Program-made: the position numbers and the translations under genes
The notes under the pieces: generated by a model
Seen by the model: only the letters and a program-made list of their open reading frames with translations
The model's database searches: none
What the model was told of the DNA's origin: nothing
In this document: positions 1 to 9,150 of the stretch, piece after piece
Layout of the letters: each line of letters starts with the position of its first letter
How positions within the stretch are numbered: the stretch's first letter is position 1
DNA from: Octopus sinensis
Lineage: Eukaryota
Direction: 5' to 3'
DNA: 13,714 nucleotides
Assembly: GCF_006345805.1 (NCBI RefSeq)
Contig: NW_021826042.1
Location: forward strand, 1 to 13,714

Positions 1-163
1 TGGGTAATAAAGAATTAAATATATCCCTCTCTCAGATTCACACACTTATTGCAGTGATCCTTCAGTTTTTCCGAGCCCTGTAAAAGAACTCCGAAAGTTG
101 GTCCTCCAACAACGCCTTTCGCGAAACTCTTAAAACCAGAAACTCTTCCGCCCCCCCCTCTTG
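1..163 (-). mobile_element. Mariner-derived MITE, copy 1 (left part outside the window)
   Basis: 133-163 (aaaccagaaactcttccgcccccccctcttg) is the degenerate reverse complement of the TIR-like sequence at 894-923. The minus strand reads RKALLEDQLSEFF/[frameshift]LQGSEKLKDHCNKCVNLREGYI, resembling the mariner transposase C-terminus (W..Q..EFF..G..KL..RW.KCV...G.Y.E). 40-125 is homologous to 990-1075. Confidence 0.8.
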
Positions 164-180
164 TGTGTGTATGTGTGTAC

Positions 181-567
181 TCTTTTACTCTTGTACTTGT
201 TTCAGTCATTTGACTGCAGCCATGCTGGAGCACCGCCTTTAGTCGAGCAAATCGACCCCGGGACTTATTCTTTGTAAGCCCAATACTTATTCTATCGGTC
301 TCTTTTGCCGAACCGCTAGGTGACGGGTACGTAAACACACCATCATCGGTTGTCAAGCAATGCTAGGGGGCCAAACACATATATATATATATATACATAT
401 ATACGACAGGCTTCTTTCAGTTTCCGTCTACCAAATCCACTCACAAGGCATTGGTCGGCCCGGGGCTATAGCAGAAGACACTTGCCCAAGATGCCACGCA
501 GTGGGACTGAGCCCGGAACCATGTGGTTGGTTAGCAAGCTACTTACCACACAGCCACTCCTGCGCCT
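181..567 (-). mobile_element. tRNA-derived SINE (family A), full length, CORE-like motif, internal (TA)n
   Basis: Minus strand: A-box-like TGGCTGTGTGG (546-556), B-box-like GGCTCAGTCCC, then CTTGGGCAAGTG (CORE-like), internal TA repeat at about 377-403, 3' module and an (AAGAGTA)-like tail. Colinear with the copies at 600-820 and 13249-13714. Resembles the described octopus tRNA-derived SINEs (from memory, not searched). Confidence 0.88.
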
Positions 568-599
568 ATGTGTGTATATGTGTACAATATGTATATATT

Positions 600-820
600 T
601 TATTCTTTTACTTGTTTTAGTCATTTGACTGCGCCTATGCTGGAGTCGACCGCAGGATTTATTCTTCGTAAGTCTAGTACTTATTCTATTGGTCTTTTTT
701 GCCGAACCGCTACGTTACGGAGGCTATAGTTGATGACACTTGCCCAAGGTGCTACGCAATGGAACTTAACCCAGAACCATGCGGTTGAGAAACAACCTTC
801 TTACAACAAAGCCACTCCTA
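600..820 (-). mobile_element. SINE family A copy with internal deletions
   Basis: 600-720 matches the 3' module of 181-326; 721-820 matches the head (463-560). About 137 bp of copy 1, including the microsatellite, is absent, as is a further segment of about 20 bp near 645. Confidence 0.85.
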
Positions 821-829
821 AAGATATAT

Positions 830-831
830 AA

Positions 832-893
<62 letters not shown>
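830..893. repeat. (TA)n microsatellite
   Basis: Near-perfect TA run abutting the mariner TIR. Confidence 0.97.
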
Positions 894-896
<3 letters not shown>

Positions 897-1085
897 GAAA
901 GGGTGCTGAAAAGTTCCTGGCTTTGGGCGAAAGAAAATCCAGGAGGATCAGTTAATTATGATTTTATTCAATATATTTTTCACTCATATTCAAACACTTA
1001 TTGCGGCGGTCCTTCAGTTTTTCAAAGTCGTTTAAAAGAACTCCAAATGTTGGGCCCCCAGCAAGGCCTTTCGCGATATTCTTAG
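894..1085 (-). mobile_element. Mariner-derived MITE, copy 2 (right end truncated)
   Basis: Starts with catgaaagggtgctgaaaagttcctggctt, a TIR of the TACGAGGG...AAAAGT mariner type, next to (TA)n. The minus strand reads RKALLGAQHLEFF/[frameshift]LNDFEKLKDRRNKCLNMSEKYIE*, then a short 3' UTR and the TIR. Confidence 0.82.
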
Positions 1086-1139
1086 AGATAGGCAAATGTC
1101 TACCTATCTCCATATCTACTTACACACCTAGCTAAGTAA

Positions 1140-1199
<60 letters not shown>

Positions 1200-1310
1200 A
1201 TCTGTATTTACTTATCTATCTATCTATATCTGTATTTACTTATCTATCTACCTACCTACCTCTTAGTGTACCTGTCTACTTACCTACTTACGTATCTATT
1301 TATCTATCGA
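1086..1310. repeat. (TATC)n/(TACC)n tetranucleotide microsatellite
   Basis: Long TATC run at 1141-1200 with degenerate flanks; tatctgtatttacttatctatcta is repeated at 1199 and 1227. Confidence 0.93.
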
Positions 1311-1450
1311 TATAATTTCACAAAGAGATGGATTCTGAAAAGAGACGATTGGACGCAGTCCTTAGTGTGGGGCAAGAAGGGATTCAATTATATTATTGCC
1401 TAAAATATGAAACATGACACGTTACTCTAAACTATCGTTAATACTTCCCT

Positions 1451-1576
1451 TCTACTCTCTCCTATTCCCACTCTCCTACTCTCCCTCCCACTCTCCTACT
1501 CTCCCTCCCACTTTCCTACTCTCCCTCCCACTCTCCTACTCTCCCTCCCACTCTCCTACTCTCCCTCCCACTCTCT
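1451..1576. repeat. 20-bp minisatellite (CTCTCCTACTCTCCCTCCCA), 5 copies plus degenerate flanks
   Basis: Units start at 1471, 1491, 1511 (one C>T), 1531 and 1551. Confidence 0.95.
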
Positions 1577-1646
1577 CCCCTGTTCTCGTTCCTCTCCTTC
1601 TTTCTCCTTTTCTCTCTGTTCCTTTACGCCTAATCCCTTCTCAAGT

Positions 1647-1696
1647 TCCAGGTTATCTCTCATATATCTCACCCTCCAGGTTATCTCTCATATATC

Positions 1697-1742
<46 letters not shown>
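1647..1742. repeat. 28-bp tandem duplication followed by (CT)n
   Basis: tccaggttatctctcatatatctcac at 1647-1672 and 1675-1700, then a CT run to about 1742. Confidence 0.92.
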
Positions 1743-1745
<3 letters not shown>

Positions 1746-1799
1746 ACTATTGTCTTACAATCATCTGGATTGATTTTATTTTCAGTCTCTTATCTAAAT

Positions 1800-1893
1800 T
1801 AGCTATCTCTCCATCTATATTCCTATTTCTCTATCCATCCGTCTATCTATCCATCTATCTACCGGTTTATCTATCTATCTGTCTATCTATCTG

Positions 1894-1951
<58 letters not shown>

Positions 1952-1972
1952 CGTCCATCTATACATCTATCC

Positions 1973-2043
<71 letters not shown>

Positions 2044-2108
2044 CGTCCATCTATACATCTATCCATCTATCTATCCATCTATCTATCTATCTATCTATCA
2101 TCTATCTA

Positions 2109-2168
<60 letters not shown>

Positions 2169-2236
2169 CGTCCATCTATACATCTATCCATCTATCTATC
2201 TATCTATCTAGCCATCCATCCTTCTATCCATCTATC
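1800..2236. repeat. (TATC)n array with higher-order structure
   Basis: TATC runs punctuated by ccgtccatctatacatctatccatc at 1951, 2043 and 2168. Confidence 0.95.
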
Positions 2237-2349
2237 TAGCAAACTTTCCATTTGTCTACAGAGCTGTTCTTCGCCTCATATTGTTGTTTTTGCAGCCCCA
2301 GTTACCAAATAAAGAATGAATTATTATTGTCGTTGTTGTTATTGTTATT

Positions 2350-2990
2350 ATGTCTAGCCTACCCTTCTCCCCCCATGTTATTTCTTGCCCTCATTTCTTT
2401 TCATCTCTCTCTATCTTTTTGTCTCATTCTCTCTCTCTCTCTTTCTCTTTCTGTGTCTCTCCCTCTCTCTCCTGTCTCTTTTCTGGTTCTTTACTCTTCC
2501 TGCTTAGATTTCTCTCCCCGTCACTCATCACACCCTAATTCTCTCTCCCACCCCTCTTCCTTTTCCTTTACCTCACACCTTATCCTTTAAAATTGTTCCT
2601 GTCTCATAACAACACCCACCCCCAATGCTTTCAGCACACACACAAACACGCACACACGCACACACTCACACACACACGTACACACATTCACTCTCTCCCT
2701 CCCCTTTCACTTCCCAGACCTTTCCCTCTCTTCCAGTCTCACGTGTCATCTTCACCTTCCTTTCGGCTTCCCTCATACTTCTCCCCTTAGTTTCACTTTC
2801 ACTTTAAACTCTCCCACCCAGCTTCAACTATCTCATGTTCGTTTGTCTCTCACCCCATTTCTCTTCCTCCTTCTCTCTTTCCTTATTCTTCTCTTCTTCT
2901 TATTCTCTCTCTCTCTCTCTCTCCTTTCTCCTACCCTTCTTCCACCCAATCAGTACCTCTCTACTTCGATCTCTCTTTTCGTCTATCTCT
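2350..2990. repeat. Pyrimidine-rich low-complexity tract with (CT)n and (CA)n
   Basis: Almost G-free plus strand; CT runs near 2428-2470 and 2905-2925; CA run at about 2633-2690. Confidence 0.85.
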
Positions 2991-3109
2991 CCAGAACGAT
3001 AGCAAAGCAAAGTGTTCCAAATGTACCCCGATCGTGCCACTACAATGAACGCCAACCCCGTACACATGTGGTCCCCCACCCCACCCCCCAATAAAAAACT
3101 ACCGCCACA

Positions 3110-3400
3110 ACCACCACCGCTGCTGGTAACTCTTAAACCATCGTCACATCGAAACAACACCACCACTATTATTACAACCGCCACCACACTCACAACCACC
3201 GCCACCACTACCTCTGCTACCATTACCGTTGCTACTACTACTACTACTACTAATAATAATAATAATGATAATAATGATGATGATGGCGAGGATGATGACG
3301 ATGATGACGATGATGATCATGATCATGATAATAATAATAATGGTGATGATGATGATGCTGATAACAATAATAATAATATTATTATTATTAATAATAATAA

Positions 3401-3431
<31 letters not shown>

Positions 3432-3502
3432 AAAGCGACCACCACCTCTACCATGACTACAAACCCTACTATTATTGCAATTAGTATATGTACTACTACT
3501 AC

Positions 3503-3541
<39 letters not shown>

Positions 3542-3546
3542 AACTG

Positions 3547-3591
<45 letters not shown>

Positions 3592-3725
3592 TTACACTAA
3601 TTCCGTTCTTGTAGCATGCCCACCCTCTGTCACCCCTATATGACTGCCAGCACCGCCACCACCGCCACTCTCATCGCCTTGATCACCACCACATCTAACA
3701 ATAACAACAACAACAACAACATCAA
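3110..3725. repeat. Compound trinucleotide microsatellite (CAC/ACT/AAT/GAT/AAG/AAC)
   Basis: Successive triplet blocks; overlapping ORFs give poly-T/N/D/K/I in several frames. Confidence 0.93.
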
Positions 3726-4084
3726 GATTGACATTGAACCGATCAGATACCCTATACATTGTCAGTCAACCTGCTAGAAGTAGCAGCCAAGCGTCCAGCA
3801 GATCACACCTTAAGTATTTTGTTTTTGTTTATTTTATTTCATTTTGTGTGTTTATTACACAATATAAATCAGACAAAGATTGCCTACATGTTAAGAGCCA
3901 CCACCACCACCATGAAAAGAAAGAAAAAATGTCAGGATCGTCACGGCTGGAGTGCTTTTCTTTATAGCTCAGCTCAATCAGGCTCAGAGGGAACTTAGCA
4001 ACAACATCAACAAAGACACAAAAAAAAGCATTAATATTCAGACTGACTCCATTAACTCATGCAACATGGCCACATGAACTCAAC

Positions 4085-4105
4085 ACAACTACAACAACAA
4101 CAACA

Positions 4106-4148
<43 letters not shown>

Positions 4149-4422
4149 GTACAGTCACCACAACTACCACTACTAATACTACTAATACTACTAACCTCCA
4201 CCACCACCACCACAACCATGCTACTCCTACTTTCACCACCACTGCTACTATTGCTACTACTACTACTACAACCATTAAAGCCACCACTACTACTACTACC
4301 ACCACCACCGCCGCCACATACCACTACTCCTAATACAACCACTACTACGACCACCACCACTACAACTACTATCACTCCCACGAATAACACCACCACCACT
4401 ACCACCATCACCACCACTACTA

Positions 4423-4459
<37 letters not shown>

Positions 4460-4869
4460 AAGCAGCACCAGACCAACACCAACACCGTTATTTGACAACT
4501 ACCACCACTACAACCCACAAGTATCATCCTCATCATCACCATCATCATCACCGTCCTCATCATCACCGTCCTCATCATCACCATCATCACCATCATCTTC
4601 ATCATCATTATCACCATCATCATCATTACCATCATCATTACCATCATCATCATTACCATCATCATCATCACATCATCATCATCATCATCATCATCATCAT
4701 AATCACCATCATCATCATCATCATCACTATCATTAGCACCATAATCTTCATCATCATCATCATCATCACCATCATCCTCATCATCATCATCCCATCACCA
4801 CATCATCACCATCATCACCATCATCATCACATCAATCATCATCATCACATCACCATCATCATCACCATC

Positions 4870-4900
<31 letters not shown>

Positions 4901-5820
4901 CCATCATCATCATCACCATCACCATCATCATCACCATCATCATCTTCATCAACACCATCACCATCACCATCATCACAATCAAAGCTTGTTACTTCACTAC
5001 CAATAATAAAAGCAAAACAAAGAAAAATATCGATGAGTCCACCATCACCACCACCACCACCATCTTCAATAATATTAACATGTAGAACAACAACAACAAC
5101 AACACAAACTTCAATGTTACCACCATCGTCAACATCATCAACATCACCAACAACAACAACACCACCGCCACCACAACCATCGACAGCGCTAACACCACCG
5201 CTGCTACAAGCGCCACCACCATCAACTCCACCACCACTACCATCGCTACCACCTCCATCATCATCATTATTATTATCGCAACCATTGCCATCAGTAATAC
5301 CACTTCAACCACCGAAACAACCACCGCCACCGCTGCGCCATCATCGCCACCACCATCAAACACGACCATCGTCGCGCGCCACCGCCATTACGATCACTTC
5401 AACCACTATCACCATCAACACCACCACCACAAACAACCTCGCCATTAACACCACCACCGCCACCACCATCAGCACCATCGTTACCACCATCATCATCACC
5501 ACCACCACCATCAGCGCCGCCGCCGCCGCCAGCACGATCACTTTCACCACTGCCCTCACCACCGCCTCCACCACCACCACTGCCGCCACCACCCTCTTCC
5601 CCACCACCATCGGCACCCTCAGCCGTCGCCGCCACAACCACCAGCCCGATCACTTATATCACTGCCCTCACCACCACCAACACCACCTCCACCACCGCCG
5701 TCACCAACTTCCCCACCATCACCACCACTACCACCACCACAACTACCACCACCGCCACCATCTTCCCCACTATCACCACCATCGACACCCCCATCAACCC
5801 CACCGCCGCCGCCGCCCTAT
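4085..5820. repeat. Large compound trinucleotide microsatellite (ACT, CAC, CAT, AAC, GCC)
   Basis: About 1.7 kb of degenerate triplet arrays; the plus strand is strongly G-poor. Confidence 0.95.
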
Positions 5821-5994
5821 CAGATTCCGTTCCTCTACAGTCGAACGTGTGTAATGTTTTGCAACAATCCATGACGTAATTCTATGTTGCAGTTTGTGTG
5901 TATAGGTCATGTGATGCACACCGATGTATCGTTGAGTGCGAGAGTCACGCGAGAATTGAACATTTTAATATTTTAACTGCCGTTTACTCTTGCA

Positions 5995-6040
5995 CTTGTT
6001 GTTGCTGTTGTTGTTGTTGTTCCTGTTGTTGTTGTTGATG
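5995..6040. repeat. (GTT)n microsatellite
   Basis: Direct inspection. Confidence 0.9.
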
Positions 6041-6179
6041 TTTTAAGTAAAGAGAGAAAATTATTAGATCAACAATAAATATATTTGTTTTTCTTCCGTT
6101 ATATCAAAATAATTAACGGAATAATTAAATAAGATGATTGTCAAATTTATTTTATCGATGCACATCTCGCGAATAGCAG

Positions 6180-6710
6180 CACACGTGTATGTAGGTAGGT
6201 AGGTAGGTAGGAATGCTTTGGAAGTATGCGTGTGCGTCTGTGTGTCTTTGTATGTATGCATTTGTGTATGTGAGTGGTGTATATTTATATACACCACTCA
6301 CACACACAAATTTTGTGTGTGTGTGTAAAGATATTTAATATAAGTGTGTATGTGTATACATACATGTATTTTAGGCATACAAAAATTGTTTTGCATTTTT
6401 TCATATTCATATTTTATACTATATGTATGTGTGTATATATATATGTGTGTGTGTGTGCGTGTGTGTCTGTGTGTGTATGTTTTTGTGTGTGTGTTTCTGT
6501 GTGTGCGTGTGTGTACACATATATGCATACAGTGTGTGTACACAGTCACCTACATGTATATGTATGAAATGCAAGTAAATATTTTAAAATTTATATATAT
6601 ACATATGTGTGAGTGTGTATATATATATATAATATATATATATATGTATGTATGTGTGTATGTATTATGTATGTTGTATATATATATATAATATATATAT
6701 AATATATATA

Positions 6711-6786
<76 letters not shown>

Positions 6787-7442
6787 GTATGTATGTATGT
6801 ATGTATATATATATATATAATATAGAACAGGGTAAGCATGTGTGTGTGTTTTATGTGTATGTATGTTTATTGATGTGTGTGTGTGAGAAGGACTAGTTTG
6901 TATGTATGCAATGATGTGTTTACAGAATTCTTTTGATTACTTTTTTCAGCCGTAAATTAAATTAAATCATAAATTAAATCATAAATGAAAAATTATATAT
7001 TTTGTATATTTGCACATATATACATATACTTATATATATAAGATATATGTATTCTAAATATCTCGCTATCTCTCTCTATCTCTCTCCCTATCTCTCTCTC
7101 TCTCTCTCCCTCTCTCTCTCTCTCTCTACATACAGATATACATATATCATATATGTATAAGTTGTATCTGGAGTGTGTGTATATATATATATGTGTGTGT
7201 GTGTTTGTGTGTGTGTGTATGTGTGTGTGTGTGTATGTGTGTGTGTTCGAATGTGAGAGATAATGTAAGTCTGTGCACGTGTGTGTGCGTGTATGTGTGA
7301 GTGCTTATATATACATATATATGTATGTATGTTTGTATATATAATTGTATATATATGCACACACATATATGTATGCATATACATATATGTGTGTCTATGT
7401 ATGTATATGTGTATCTCTCTCTGTCATATATATATATATACA
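6180..7442. repeat. Compound (TG)n/(TA)n/(TATG)n/(CT)n microsatellite region
   Basis: Alternating dinucleotide blocks with short AT-rich spacers. Confidence 0.93.
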
Positions 7443-7919
7443 TTGTCATATTAGCTAGCATCATAATTTGGTTTTAACAACCGAAGTTTCCTCGCATCTT
7501 TACATTTATCGCAGTTACATTTCATGAAGCGAATCATCTCTGATATCGCAGCTGGAGAAAACGAAAACTCGACGACCAGTTTGCCGATATGCATTTCAGC
7601 CGCCTACAGTTTGGCATACATAAAACAGAGTCTTGTTCAATGAGAAAACGTGTCGACCGGTCCATTTATAGAATCTATGACATACAAATATAAACCAAAC
7701 GTCCTGAATACTTAGGCGTGTATAATATTAAATCTAAACACCGTCTTCACTGTGATGAATGGCAGAACTCTGAACTATGCTTGTGAAGACCCACCATCGT
7801 TTAAGATATATGCCATAAATAACTGTAGTTATGATGTTATACACTCTCGTGCATTCACTTCTCTGATAGATGTATGTATGTTGTACGTGTATAAGTAGTG
7901 TCGTTCGTCGATATATTTA

Positions 7920-8122
7920 TATCGCCATGATAGATCGCTAGCCGCTAAGCCGTTTTTATTTTCTCTCTCTGATTATGTCTGTGTTCCTTTCTGTGGAAGA
8001 GCGTAGGCTCGAAACGTAAAAGACTTTCTCGTTTCCCGATCGTTAAACTAATGCATCTTTTTTTTTTTGTTTACACACCCTTCTTCGTCTTTTGTTTTGT
8101 TTTCTTTTTTGTAAATTCCAAC
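7920..8122 (+). mobile_element. Penelope-pLTR-like / retrozyme-like repeat unit 1
   Basis: Contains a hammerhead motif. The downstream ttcccgatcgttaaactaat...tttgtttacac resembles ttcctgagcgtccaataat...tttgttccac of unit 2. Ends in a T-rich tract followed by (TA)n. The family assignment is an inference from the hammerhead. Confidence 0.6.
7987..8022 (+). ncRNA. Minimal type-I hammerhead ribozyme motif 1 (degenerate core)
   Basis: Stem I CTTT(7987-90)/AAAG(8019-22); core CTGTGGA (A6>U) plus an extra A; stem II GAGC-GTAG-GCTC; GAAA; palindromic AC-GT stem III; predicted cleavage triplet GUA (8016-18). Confidence 0.72.
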
Positions 8123-8196
8123 TATATATATATATATATATTATATATCCATCTAGCTAGCTAGCTTTCTATCTATCTATCTACCATCTATCTCTA

Positions 8197-8232
<36 letters not shown>

Positions 8233-8234
8233 AA

Positions 8235-8445
8235 ATGTGACCGCGTGTGTACCGTTGGCGATTTTTTTTTCCTCTGTCTTCCCTTCTCTGGATCTTTCCT
8301 TCTCCTATGTTTCCGACGAGTAGAATTCCTCTCGAAACGTTAAACCCTCCTTCTTTCCTTCTTTCCTGAGCGTCCAATAATACTATATTTGTTCCACGTC
8401 CTCGCGTTGTTGTGTTTTTTTGTGCTTTCTTGTTTGGATTAACTT
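8235..8445 (+). mobile_element. Penelope-pLTR-like / retrozyme-like repeat unit 2
   Basis: Second hammerhead motif with flanks homologous to unit 1; T-rich end followed by (TA)n. Confidence 0.6.
8309..8345 (+). ncRNA. Minimal type-I hammerhead ribozyme motif 2 (degenerate)
   Basis: Stem I GTTT(8309-12)/AAAC(8342-45); core CCGACGA (U4>C); imperfect stem II G(t)AGA-attcc-TCTC; GAAA; AC-GT palindrome; triplet GUU (8339-41). Confidence 0.65.
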
Positions 8446-8468
8446 TATATATATATAAATACATATAT

Positions 8469-8822
8469 CTTGTCCTGTTGTCAAAATCAGGATACGGGAA
8501 TCATATGAAGTCACATGAAAATCGAAGCCAGACGGTTAATAATTTTGAATGCCGAACGCCTTTTACGACTTGTGTCATATGTCACCAATCTTGTAAGACA
8601 ATATCAGGACTTAAAAGACATGTGTTAGTTGAGAAAAAACATTCCTTCAGAATCGGATTTACAAAGGGCAAAGATGTACTTCAATAATATCTGTCACTTT
8701 TGTTTTAAACCCTGTCAGTCAGTCAGTCAGTGGCCGGCATTAAAAGTCATCTAAGAACTCAACAGAGGGACTCTTCTGCATGGTGTGCGTGTTGATGGAA
8801 CGGCTATCATCTGTCAATGGTC
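8469..8822 (+). mobile_element. 5'-truncated 3' end of an RTE-like LINE encoding degenerate C2H2 fingers
   Basis: Reads LVLLSKSGYGNHMKSH ... CVICHQSCKTISGLKRH (8571-8621) ... CHFCFKPCQS[+8 nt]VAGIKSHLRTQ (8692-8760). No TGEKP linkers. A short UTR runs directly into a (CAT)n tail; RTE-clade ORF2 C-termini typically end in a C..C...GL.SH.R.H motif followed by a short tandem-repeat tail. Confidence 0.68.
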
Positions 8823-9080
8823 AACATCATCATCATCATAATCATCTTCATCATCACCATCATCACCATTATCACCATCATCATCATTATCATCATCATT
8901 ATCATCAGCATCATCATCATCATCATCATCATCATCTTCATCATCACCATCATCACCATCATCACCATCATCATTATCATTATCATCAGCATCATCATCA
9001 CCACCATCATCATCATCATCACCATCATCACCACCATCATCATCATCATCATCATCGTCATCATTATAATTATCATCATC

Positions 9081-9125
<45 letters not shown>

Positions 9126-9150
9126 CACGTGTATGAACACATACACACAC
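8823..9150. repeat. (CAT)n array followed by (TG)n
   Basis: CAT/CAC triplets at 8823-9080; TG run at 9081-9125. Confidence 0.96.

Noticed and set aside
460-567. tRNA gene
   Set aside because: A and B boxes are present, but there is no cloverleaf and the sequence continues into a SINE body found three times in the window.
1471-1570. CRISPR-like array
   Set aside because: Contiguous 20-bp units with no unique spacers, in eukaryotic DNA.
3012-5872. Long ORFs (200, 225, 197 and 273 aa, and antisense partners) as protein-coding genes
   Set aside because: They are homopolymeric translations of triplet microsatellites, open in several frames and on both strands, with no domain-like sequence.
6094-6121. 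8-bp hairpin ttccgtta-N12-taacggaa as a terminator or element end
   Set aside because: Short, AT-rich and without supporting context; expected by chance.
8412-8687. Host C2H2 zinc-finger gene
   Set aside because: No TGEKP linkers, irregular finger spacing, a stop and a frameshift, a start inside another repeat, and a (CAT)n tail. It fits a LINE 3' end better.
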